Origin: Candidatus Atelocyanobacterium thalassa isolate ALOHA
GTDB lineage: Bacteria > Cyanobacteriota > Cyanobacteriia > Cyanobacteriales > Microcystaceae
Length of the DNA stretch: 32,000 nucleotides
Direction of reading: 5' to 3'
Assembly: GCF_000025125.1 (NCBI RefSeq)
Contig: NC_013771.1
Location: forward strand, 690,001 to 722,000
The notes under the pieces were generated by a model. That model was not told where the DNA came from, made no database searches, and saw only the letters and a list, made by a program, of their open reading frames with translations. Positions 1-9,156 of the stretch are shown here, piece by piece (positions within the stretch are counted from its first letter, which is position 1; each line of letters starts with the position of its first letter). The position numbers were made by a program, and so were the translations under genes.

Positions 1-363
1 TGAACCTTAAAAAACTAAATAATGAGTATAAAAATACATGAATCTATTAATAAAAATACTCAGGCTATTCTCAAAAAATACATGTACCCTGCTCTTTACA
101 AAAAAAAAATCTTTTTAAAGCCTTGTTTGAAGAGGTTTTGCAGATATGAGTGCATTCTAAGTATAGTAATGAATTCCTATTTCCCCGAAGTAACCTCACA
201 CATCATTGATGAATGATATAAATGTTTATAACGCCGGAAACACAAAATCCATAACCCAATTGTAATTAATTACTAATTCACAAAGTTTTTAGACGGTTTT
301 CTCTTAAAAAACCATTTTTATCATCTCCTACTGCCTTGTCACCCTTTAACTCCACGGAATTAA

Positions 364-1839
364 ATGCTACAAACTACTGGTTTGATTAATAATAACGCAT
401 CTATAGCCAACAAGACGGATTTTACAGAAACGTTATCTACCCCTGAAGCCAAGAAAAGCGGCTCTTGTCCTTCAACAGGAGACAAGCCACAATTAGACGC
501 TAGTATTCAGGAACGCATCGCTAAGCACCCATGTTATAGCGAAGATGCTCATCATCACTATGCGAGGATGCATGTTGCTGTTGCCCCTGCTTGCAACATC
601 CAATGCAATTATTGTAATCGTAAGTATGATTGTGCTAATGAAAGTCGTCCAGGTGTTGTTAGTGAGGTTTTAACTCCAGAAGAAGCAGCTCATAAAGCTT
701 TAGTGGTTGGCGGTAAAATACCGCAGATGACGGTTCTGGGAATTGCAGGTCCTGGAGATCCACTTGCCAACCCCAAGCAAACATTTCGCACATTTGAATT
801 AGTCGCGGACAAAGCTCCAGATATTAAGCTTTGTTTATCAAGTAACGGTCTTATGCTTCCTGAATATATAGACCGCATCAAAGAACTCAACATTGACCAT
901 GTTACATTAACAATCAATATGGTTGACCCTGAAATTGGGGCTAAAATTTATCCCTGGGTCCGCTATAACCGCAAGCGCTATAAAGGTATAGAGGGTGTCA
1001 AAATTCTTCATGAGAAGCAAATGGAATCCCTTGACGCTCTCAGAGAAGCAGATATTCTCTGTAAAGTCAATTCAGTAATGATACCTGGCATAAATGATGA
1101 GCACCTTGTGGAGGTAAATAGGGTCATCCAGTCTAAAGGAGCATTTCTCCATAATATAATGCCTCTCATCTCAGCTCCTGAACATGGTACTCACTTTGGA
1201 TTAACTGGTCAAAGAGGTCCTACTCCGAAAGAATTAAAAACTCTTCAAGACAAATGTTCAGGCAATATGAAAATGATGCGCCATTGTCGTCAATGTCGTG
1301 CTGACGCTGTAGGTTTACTAGGAGAAGATCGTTCTCAAGAATTTACTAAAGATAAAATTCTAGATATGAAGCCTGAATATGACTCAAAACAGAGGCAAGA
1401 TGTTCATGCAAGTATCGAAAAGTTTACAGCCGAAGTAAATACAGTTAAGGAAGAGCAAAATACTCAAATTACATCAGATACATCTACGCCTTCAATTTTA
1501 GTAGCAGTGGCAACCAAGGGTAACCGACTAGTTAACCAGCATTTCGGTCATGCTACAGAATTTCAAATTTTTGAAGTAAATGGCACTGATGTAAAATTTA
1601 TCGCTCACCGTAAAGTTGATCACTACTGCCAATCTGGCTATGGTGAAGAAACAAGCCTAGACAGTATTATTAAGTCTATCTCTGACTGTAAAGGAGTTTT
1701 AGCTTCTAAAATTGGTCTCTGTCCTCAGGAAGCACTCAGGAATGCTGGATTAGAACCTTATGAGGCATATGACATTATTGATAATGTCGCCATCAATTTT
1801 TATAAAGAGTATATGCAAAAGCAAACCGTAGGAGCTTAA
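364..1839 (+). CDS. nifB: Nitrogenase FeMo-cofactor biosynthesis radical SAM protein NifB, with a C-terminal NifX/NafY-like domain
   Basis: 491 aa. It carries the radical-SAM motif [17 protein letters not shown] and the conserved [19 protein letters not shown]. The C-terminal ~110 aa ([28 protein letters not shown]) resemble NifX. It sits at the head of a nifB-(fdxN)-nifS-nifU arrangement. Confidence 0.96.
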   Translation: MLQTTGLINNNASIANKTDFTETLSTPEAKKSGSCPSTGDKPQLDASIQERIAKHPCYSEDAHHHYARMHVAVAPACNIQCNYCNRKYDCANESRPGVVSEVLTPEEAAHKALVVGGKIPQMTVLGIAGPGDPLANPKQTFRTFELVADKAPDIKLCLSSNGLMLPEYIDRIKELNIDHVTLTINMVDPEIGAKIYPWVRYNRKRYKGIEGVKILHEKQMESLDALREADILCKVNSVMIPGINDEHLVEVNRVIQSKGAFLHNIMPLISAPEHGTHFGLTGQRGPTPKELKTLQDKCSGNMKMMRHCRQCRADAVGLLGEDRSQEFTKDKILDMKPEYDSKQRQDVHASIEKFTAEVNTVKEEQNTQITSDTSTPSILVAVATKGNRLVNQHFGHATEFQIFEVNGTDVKFIAHRKVDHYCQSGYGEETSLDSIIKSISDCKGVLASKIGLCPQEALRNAGLEPYEAYDIIDNVAINFYKEYMQKQTVGA

Positions 1840-1842
1840 AAG

Positions 1843-2025
1843 ATGAGCAACGTTTCAGAGTATTGTCTCAAGTTGAGTTACTTAACATCTGCCAAGTCTT
1901 CTTCTGAGACGTCATCAGCTTCGATGGATAGTAAGTGCAGGAGTTGTGTTAACAATTATTCTATTCCACCATGTACTGGATTTTCCAAGGATTATAATTG
2001 TTCTTTTCCTAATCTAGATACTTAA
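1843..2025 (+). pseudogene. Possible decayed relic of the 2[4Fe-4S] ferredoxin gene fdxN
   Basis: A 60-aa ORF starts 4 nt after the nifB stop, exactly where fdxN sits in cyanobacterial nifB-fdxN-nifS-nifU operons. It has only 5 Cys. CRSCVNNYSIPPC looks like the second-cluster region, but no CxxCxxCxxxCP motif survives. The nifB-nifS gap (451 bp) is fdxN-sized. Confidence 0.35.
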
Positions 2026-2290
2026 TACTAAAAGATGGCTTCAAATTATGTTTGTAATTATATCTTTTACTAACACAGCATAATAACGGCAGTTTCTATA
2101 AAGTAAAAAGTATCATTTACCTTGTAGATAATGCATCTTAACGATTTTGAAGGTAGCTGTGAAATTCTTTAGAGGTCTAACAAATTTTAAAGCTTTTTAT
2201 ATTGTTAGATTTCTCTAAAGATAATAAAAACCGGCGGCCCAAACATAAATAATAACTATTTGATTTTGTTAAATATATGGTAGGCAAATA

Positions 2291-3493
2291 ATGAAAGACT
2301 GTATATATTTAGATAATAATGCAACTACGCAAATAGACAGTGAAGTACTCACAGAAATGATGCCTTACCTAAATTTTTATTATGGTAATCCATCTAGTAT
2401 GCACTCTTTCGGAGGTCAGGTTGGAAAAGCCGTCCGTACAGGAAGAGAGCAGGTTGCATCTTTATTAGGTGCTGAACCATCCGAAATCATTTTCACAAGT
2501 TGCGGTACTGAAGGAGATAATGCAGCTATCAATGCAGCATTAATAGCTCAGAAAAATAAGCGTCACATTATTACAACTGAAGTAGAGCATCCAGCTATTT
2601 TAAGCCATTGTAAACAACTTGAAAGACAAGGCTATCAAGTAACATATCTATCTGTTGATCAGCAAGGTCAGCTTGATTTGAATGAATTGAAAACGTCCTT
2701 GACTGGTAATACTGCATTAGTGTCAGTTATGTATGCTAATAATGAAACTGGTGTTATCTTCCCTATTGAAGAAATAGGTCAAATGGTTAAAGAGTATGGT
2801 GCTTTGTTTCATGTAGACGCAGTACAAGCAGTAGGAAAAATACCTTTAAACATGAAGACAAGTACCATCGATATGTTGACCATATCTGGTCATAAAATTC
2901 ATGCTCCTAAAGGGATAGGTGCTCTATATGTTCGTAAAGGTGTACGCTTTCGTCCTCTTATAATCGGTGGACATCAAGAGCGGGGACGTCGAGGTGGGAC
3001 AGAAAATGTATCTGGAATAGCTGCTTTAGGTAAAGCAGCAGAACTAGCCCAGTTAAACTTACCTCATATACACCTTGAACAAGAGCTAAGAGATTATCTA
3101 GAAGATAGTATCTTAAATTTAATTCCTGATACTGTTGTTAACGGTAACAAGACAAATAGATTACCAAATACAACAAATATAGGTTTTAAATACATAGAAG
3201 GGGAAGCAATACTTTTATCTATTAATAAGTATGGTATTTGCGCTTCTTCTGGATCAGCATGTACTTCAGGTTCTTTAGAGCCTTCTCATGTATTAAGAGC
3301 AATGAAAGTACCCTACAGTGTACTTCATGGATCTATTCGCTTTAGTCTTTCCCGATATACAACTAAAAGTGAAATTGATCGGGTGATAGAAATTTTACCG
3401 GATACAATTGGCCGCCTTCGTGCCATATCGCCTTTTAGTAGTGATAATTCTACTTGGTTACAGGAAATGGAGAAAGAGGCTTTAGCCAAATAG
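2291..3493 (+). CDS. nifS: Cysteine desulfurase NifS (class V aminotransferase)
   Basis: 400 aa. It has the PLP-lysine motif ISGHKIHAPKG, the active-site loop SSGSACTSG and the N-terminal YLDNNATT. It lies between nifB and nifU. Confidence 0.95.
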   Translation: MKDCIYLDNNATTQIDSEVLTEMMPYLNFYYGNPSSMHSFGGQVGKAVRTGREQVASLLGAEPSEIIFTSCGTEGDNAAINAALIAQKNKRHIITTEVEHPAILSHCKQLERQGYQVTYLSVDQQGQLDLNELKTSLTGNTALVSVMYANNETGVIFPIEEIGQMVKEYGALFHVDAVQAVGKIPLNMKTSTIDMLTISGHKIHAPKGIGALYVRKGVRFRPLIIGGHQERGRRGGTENVSGIAALGKAAELAQLNLPHIHLEQELRDYLEDSILNLIPDTVVNGNKTNRLPNTTNIGFKYIEGEAILLSINKYGICASSGSACTSGSLEPSHVLRAMKVPYSVLHGSIRFSLSRYTTKSEIDRVIEILPDTIGRLRAISPFSSDNSTWLQEMEKEALAK

Positions 3494-3573
3494 CTAAGAA
3501 TTAAAGTACTGAAAAATATCTTTTCTTTTTAAAGATAACTAACAATCAATATTCAAATATATAGTAATCAATT

Positions 3574-4458
3574 ATGTGGGAATATACAGACAAAGTAATG
3601 GACTTTTTTCATAACCCCAGAAATCAAGGGGTTATCGACGAGAAAGAAAGTGGACAAGCAATTACAACTGGAGAAGTAGGTAGTATTGCCTGTGGTGATG
3701 CATTAAAGTTACATCTTAAGATTGATGAAAAAAGTCAAACTATTCTTGAAGCTCGTTTCCAAACTTTTGGATGTGCTTCTGCTATAGCCTCTTCTTCTGC
3801 ATTAACCGAATTATTAGTAGGAAAAACTTTAGATGAAGCTCTTAGTCTTACAAACAAAGAAATTGCAGATTATCTAGGAGGACTACCAGAAGAGAAAATG
3901 CATTGTTCTGTCATGGGACAAGAAGCTTTGGAAGCTGCAATTTTTAACTACAGAGGTATTCCCTTAGATAATCATGAAGACGACGAAGGAGCATTAATTT
4001 GTCGTTGTTTTGGAGTAACTAGTACAAGAATTCGCCGCATTGTTCTTGAAAATAGTTTAACTACTGCTGAGCAAGTAACCAATTATGTCAAAGCCGGTGG
4101 CGGATGTGGTTCTTGTCTAACCGATATTGACGATATTATCGTGGATGTTGCCGAAGAAGGATTCACATTAACAGAAGACTTATCTTCAGAAGCTAATATA
4201 CCTGAATTAGAAGTAAAAACATTAACTAATTTACAGAAAATTACGCTCATACAACAAGTTTTAGAAGAAGAAGTTAAACCTGCTTTAGCTAAAGACGGTG
4301 GAGACGTCGAGCTATTTGACATAGAAGGTAACTTGATTAAGGTTGTCTTGAAGGGGGCATGTAGCTCCTGTAGTAGTAGCACGTTTACTTTAAAAACTGC
4401 TATCGAAGCTAGGTTACGAGAACGAATTTCTAAAGACTTAACTGTCATTGCTGTATAG
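3574..4458 (+). CDS. nifU: Fe-S cluster scaffold NifU (three-domain form)
   Basis: 294 aa. The N-terminal IscU-like domain has GSIACGDALKLHL and FGCASAIASS. The central 2Fe-2S domain has CRCFGV...GGGCGSC. The C-terminal Nfu domain has GACSSCSSS. Confidence 0.96.
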   Translation: MWEYTDKVMDFFHNPRNQGVIDEKESGQAITTGEVGSIACGDALKLHLKIDEKSQTILEARFQTFGCASAIASSSALTELLVGKTLDEALSLTNKEIADYLGGLPEEKMHCSVMGQEALEAAIFNYRGIPLDNHEDDEGALICRCFGVTSTRIRRIVLENSLTTAEQVTNYVKAGGGCGSCLTDIDDIIVDVAEEGFTLTEDLSSEANIPELEVKTLTNLQKITLIQQVLEEEVKPALAKDGGDVELFDIEGNLIKVVLKGACSSCSSSTFTLKTAIEARLRERISKDLTVIAV

Positions 4459-4525
4459 ATATTTAACGCAGCAAATATATTACTAACTTAACACGAGGTA
4501 AAACGTATGATTAGTCAGAAGAAAG

Positions 4526-4562
4526 GTGAGGAGCGATCTCCACCATGAGCATTGCTCCTCAC
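4526..4562 (+). promoter_or_regulatory. GC-rich stem-loop in the nifU-nifH spacer (candidate mRNA processing or stability element)
   Basis: GTGAGGAGC (4526-4534) is the exact reverse complement of GCTCCTCAC (4554-4562), with a 19-nt loop. No U-run follows. It lies ~120 nt upstream of the nifH ATG in an otherwise AT-rich spacer. Confidence 0.4.
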
Positions 4563-4664
4563 ATAGAAGAATATAGTTGTAGATAAAAAATAATTGTGTA
4601 ATTAACCTTTTATTTATCTTATCTAGACTAATCATTCTTTCATTTTTTACATACTCACCTCTAA

Positions 4665-5541
<877 letters not shown>

Positions 5542-5543
<2 letters not shown>

Positions 5544-5652
5544 ATCTAATCAAATAGATAGATCTGAAAATATTTCAGGGCAAAAGTAAATAGGAAATGG
5601 TGGATAGTTTTATTGTTAATTATTAACTGAAAGCTACACCGGTTCTTTTGCC
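5542..5652 (+). promoter_or_regulatory. Intercistronic stem-loops between nifH and nifD
   Basis: AGATCTA (5542-5548) pairs with TAGATCT (5559-5565). CTGAAA..TTTCAG forms a hairpin at 5564-5578. GGCAAAAG (5579-5586) pairs with CTTTTGCC (5645-5652) over a long range. Confidence 0.3.
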
Positions 5653-5705
5653 TTCATCTTTCCTTACTAAATTGTCCTTTGTCCAAAACCTTAAAGAGGA
5701 TCATT

Positions 5706-7148
5706 ATGGCAACAGTTGAAGAAAATAAGAAACTCATCGCAGATGTTTTAGCAACTTACCCTGCAAAAGCTGCTAAAAAACGCAACAAACACCTTGGTGT
5801 TTATGAAGAAGGAGCTGATGATTGTGGTGTTAAATCCAACAAAGTATCTCTACCTGGTGTAATGACCGCTCGCGGTTGTGCTTATGCTGGTTCTAAAGGG
5901 GTAGTTTGGGGTCCTATTAAAGATATGATTCATATCTCTCATGGACCTGTTGGTTGTGGCTACTACTCTTGGTCTGGTCGTCGTAACTACTACATCGGAG
6001 TAACCGGAGTAGATAGTTTCGGTACCATGAACTTCACATCTGACTTCCAAGAACGTGATGTTGTTTTTGGTGGAGACACAAAACTAAGTCAATTAATTGA
6101 TGAAGTTGAAATATTATTTCCTCTTAACGGTGGTATCTCAGTTCAATCAGAATGCCCCATTGGTTTAATTGGAGATGATATTGAAGCAGTAGCTCGTACA
6201 AAAACAAAAGAACTTGGCAAGCAAGTTATTCCTGTTCGTTGCGAAGGATTCCGTGGAGTTTCTCAATCTTTAGGACACCACATTGCTAACGATGTAATTC
6301 GTGATTGGGTTTTCCCAGTTGCTGATAAAGAAATCGCTGAGAAAGGTAACGAAGGTACTCCTTATGACGTTGCTATTATCGGTGACTACAACATTGGTGG
6401 AGATGCTTGGTCCAGTCGTATTCTTTTAGAAGAAATGGGACTACGTGTTATCGCTCAATGGTCTGGTGATGGTACTTTCACTGAAATGAAAGCAACACCT
6501 AGTGTTAAATTAAACCTAGTTCATTGCTATCGTTCTATGAACTACATTAGTCGTCACATGGAAGAAAAATACGGTATTCCTTGGTTAGAATACAACTTCT
6601 TTGGACCTAGCAAAATCATTGAATCTCTAAGAGCAATTGCTGAGCGTTTTGATGACACAATCAAACAAAAAGCTGAAGCAGTAATAGCTAAATATAAAGA
6701 GCAAGCTGATGGTATTGTAGCTAAATATCGTCCACGTCTAGAAGGCAAAACCGTCATGATGATGGTTGGTGGATTACGTCCTCGTCACGTTGTTCCTGCT
6801 TTCAAAGATTTAGGAATGGAAATCATCGGTACTGGTTATGAGTTTGCTCATGGTGATGACTACAAACGTACTACTCACTATGTTAAAGACGCTACTCTTA
6901 TCTATGACGATGTTACTGGTTATGAGTTCGAAGAATTTGTTAAAGAACTTAAGCCTGATTTAGTAGCTGCAGGAATTAAAGAGAAATATGTCTTCCAAAA
7001 GATGGCTCTTCCTTTCCGCCAAATGCACTCTTGGGATTATTCAGGTCCTTACCATGGTTATGATGGCTTTGCTATCTTTGCACGTGATATGGATTTAGCC
7101 CTTAACAATCCTACCTGGGGATTAGTCGGAACCCCTTGGAATAAATAA
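5706..7148 (+). CDS. nifD: Nitrogenase MoFe protein alpha chain NifD
   Basis: It has the P-cluster and FeMoco ligand contexts ([29 protein letters not shown]). The ORF-track start at 5679 is a TTG. The ATG at 5706 is preceded by AAAGAGGA (5693-5700) and gives the usual [10 protein letters not shown]-terminus. Confidence 0.98.
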   Translation: MATVEENKKLIADVLATYPAKAAKKRNKHLGVYEEGADDCGVKSNKVSLPGVMTARGCAYAGSKGVVWGPIKDMIHISHGPVGCGYYSWSGRRNYYIGVTGVDSFGTMNFTSDFQERDVVFGGDTKLSQLIDEVEILFPLNGGISVQSECPIGLIGDDIEAVARTKTKELGKQVIPVRCEGFRGVSQSLGHHIANDVIRDWVFPVADKEIAEKGNEGTPYDVAIIGDYNIGGDAWSSRILLEEMGLRVIAQWSGDGTFTEMKATPSVKLNLVHCYRSMNYISRHMEEKYGIPWLEYNFFGPSKIIESLRAIAERFDDTIKQKAEAVIAKYKEQADGIVAKYRPRLEGKTVMMMVGGLRPRHVVPAFKDLGMEIIGTGYEFAHGDDYKRTTHYVKDATLIYDDVTGYEFEEFVKELKPDLVAAGIKEKYVFQKMALPFRQMHSWDYSGPYHGYDGFAIFARDMDLALNNPTWGLVGTPWNK

Positions 7149-7160
7149 GAAAGGCTGAAT

Positions 7161-7212
7161 ATGGAGGATGAGGAGATTTTTTATCCCCTCTCCCTTCCCC
7201 TCATTCCTTTTT
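7161..7212 (+). promoter_or_regulatory. Purine-arm/pyrimidine-arm imperfect hairpin plus T5 between nifD and nifK
   Basis: ATGGAGGATGAGGAGA (7161-7176) can pair with CCCCTCTCCCTTCCCCTCATTCC (7185-7207). The pairs are ATGAGG/CCTCAT and GGAGA/TCTCC. TTTTT follows at 7208-7212. Confidence 0.4.
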
Positions 7213-7259
7213 CAAGGATTCTTTTTCTGAGACACACATCCATACGGAGTTACTAAAAG

Positions 7260-8789
7260 ATGGCCCAAAACGTAAATAAAATCAAAGATCACGTCGAACT
7301 ATTTCATCAGCCTGAGTATAAAGAACTGTTTGCTAACAAAAAACAGTTTGAAGGAATGCCTACTGCTGAAAAAGTTAAAGAAGTTGCTGAATGGACTAAA
7401 AGCTGGGAATACCGTGAGAAAAACTTCGCACGTGAAGCTCTTACCGTTAACCCTGCTAAAGGATGTCAGCCTCTAGGAGCTTTACTTGCTGCAGTTGGAT
7501 TTGAAGGAACTTTACCTTTCGTTCACGGTTCTCAAGGTTGTGTTTCTTACTTCCGTACTCACTTAACTCGTCATTTTAAAGAGCCTGTCAGTGCTGTATC
7601 TTCTTCTATGACTGAAAACGCTGCTGTTTTCGGTGGATTAAGCAACATGGTTGATGGTCTACAAAATGCTTATGCTCTTTATAAGCCTAAAATGATTGCT
7701 GTTTGTACTACTTGTATGGCAGAAGTAATCGGAGATGACTTAGGTTCTTTTATTGGAAATGCTCGTGTTGACGGTGTAATTCCTCAAGACCTACCTATTC
7801 CTTTCGCTCATACTCCTAGTTTTGTTGGATCACATGTTAACGGTTACGACCACATGATGAAATCCATCTTAACTACTCTAGCTAACAAGAAAGATACTAG
7901 CAACGGTAAAATTAACTTCATGCCTGGATTCGAAACCTATATGGGGAATCTTCGCGAGCTTAAAAAGTTAATTGCTGCTTTAGGTGTAGATGGAACTATC
8001 TTAAGTGATACTGAAATGTACTTAGATTCTCCAAACTTAGGAGAGTTCTCTATGTATCATGAAGGAACATCTTTAGAAGATGCTGCTGATAGTTGTAATG
8101 CAAAAGCTACTATTGCTCTTCAAGCTTACACAACTACCAAAACTCTTGCTCACATGAAGAAAAAATGGAAGCAAGAAACTTTAGTTCATCGTCCTTGGGG
8201 TATTAAAGCGACTGATGAGTTCTTAATGAGCTTATCTAAAATGACCGGAAACCCCATTCCTAAAGAGCTTGAAATCGAGCGTGGACGTGCTGTAGATGCT
8301 ATGACCGATACTCAAGCATGGCTTCATGGTAAGACTTCTGCTATCTTCGGTGATCCTGATACAGTAATGGGAGTATTACAGTTTATGCTAGAGATGGGTG
8401 TTGAGCCTGTTCATATCCTAGTACATAACAGTAATGACGAATTTGAAGAAGAAGCAAGAGAACTTTTAGCTTCTAGTCCTTACGGACAGCAAGCAACAGT
8501 TTGGGGCTATAAAGATTTATGGCACTTACGTTCTTTACTATTTACTGAACCTGTTGATTTCATGATCGGAAATTCTTACGGTAAGTATTTAGAAAGAGAT
8601 TGTGAAATTCCTCTAATTCGTATAGGCTATCCTATCTTTGATCGTCATCATTTACATCGTTATTCAACCATTGGATACGGAGGTGCTATCAACCTTCTTA
8701 ATTGGATTGCTAACGGAATTCTTGATGCACTAGATCGTAAGACAGATATTGCTGGAGAAACAGATATCTCCTTCGATTTAGTTCGTTAA
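7260..8789 (+). CDS. nifK: Nitrogenase MoFe protein beta chain NifK
   Basis: 509 aa. Conserved stretches include NPAKGCQPLGA, FVHGSQGCVSY, VCTTCMAEVIGDD and the C-terminal IGYPIFDRHHLHR. It follows nifD directly. Confidence 0.98.
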   Translation: MAQNVNKIKDHVELFHQPEYKELFANKKQFEGMPTAEKVKEVAEWTKSWEYREKNFAREALTVNPAKGCQPLGALLAAVGFEGTLPFVHGSQGCVSYFRTHLTRHFKEPVSAVSSSMTENAAVFGGLSNMVDGLQNAYALYKPKMIAVCTTCMAEVIGDDLGSFIGNARVDGVIPQDLPIPFAHTPSFVGSHVNGYDHMMKSILTTLANKKDTSNGKINFMPGFETYMGNLRELKKLIAALGVDGTILSDTEMYLDSPNLGEFSMYHEGTSLEDAADSCNAKATIALQAYTTTKTLAHMKKKWKQETLVHRPWGIKATDEFLMSLSKMTGNPIPKELEIERGRAVDAMTDTQAWLHGKTSAIFGDPDTVMGVLQFMLEMGVEPVHILVHNSNDEFEEEARELLASSPYGQQATVWGYKDLWHLRSLLFTEPVDFMIGNSYGKYLERDCEIPLIRIGYPIFDRHHLHRYSTIGYGGAINLLNWIANGILDALDRKTDIAGETDISFDLVR

Positions 8790-8809
8790 TTTCAAGGAAG
8801 TTTGGACAT

Positions 8810-8886
8810 GAGGGAGACTAGGAGTAATTTAGAGAAGCGTATATATTAACACTTCTCCTCTCTCCTTTCTCCTCTCTCCTCTTCCT
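8810..8886 (+). repeat. Purine-rich segment followed by a 35-nt pure polypyrimidine tract containing a 14-nt tandem duplication, just after nifK
   Basis: GAGGGAGACTAGGAG and AGAGAAG lie at 8810-8837. An unbroken C/T run spans 8852-8886, with TCTCCTCTCTCCT at 8854-8866 repeated at 8868-8880. The two arms can form an imperfect hairpin. Confidence 0.6.
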
Positions 8887-9156
8887 ATTATGATTTTTTA
8901 TATAAAATTATAAATTGATCGAGCTACCAAACTTTTGTAATAAGTTATTTTACTAGCTCCTCTTACAAACTAAACAATAATTTTTAAAAAATCACTAGAA
9001 CTTTATCTATTTACAACTGTTACCAAGTATTGATAACAAAAACATGACTTATTAACAAAAGGTACATTTGTTATTTTTTGACAAATTATTTGTAACTTTG
9101 TTATGTCAACTAAATGATAAGTTTAAGCATTTCTGTAGTAGTTATAGGAAATTTAC

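Noticed and set aside
22-216. 64-aa + strand ORF upstream of nifB
   Set aside because: It has a low-complexity Lys/Ile-rich product, no SD and no recognisable motif. It lies in the AT-rich nifB upstream spacer, so it is most likely a chance ORF.
242-363. GTAATTAATTAC palindrome in the nifB upstream region as a possible NtcA or regulator site
   Set aside because: The spacing is GTA-N6-TAC rather than N8, and such A/T palindromes are common here. I cannot support a promoter or regulator call from sequence alone.
690-917. 75-aa - strand ORF inside nifB
   Set aside because: It is antisense to a strongly supported gene and is a typical shadow ORF.
4083-4448. 121-aa - strand ORF inside nifU
   Set aside because: It is antisense to nifU. 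The Ser/Thr-rich product has no motifs, so it is a shadow ORF.
5679-5705. TTG-initiated 9-codon extension of nifD given in the ORF track
   Set aside because: The SD AAAGAGGA lies inside the extension, directly upstream of ATG 5706. The extension is not part of known NifD N-termini.
5850-6757. Two - strand ORFs (5850-6050 and 6554-6757) inside nifD
   Set aside because: Both are antisense shadow ORFs within a highly conserved gene.
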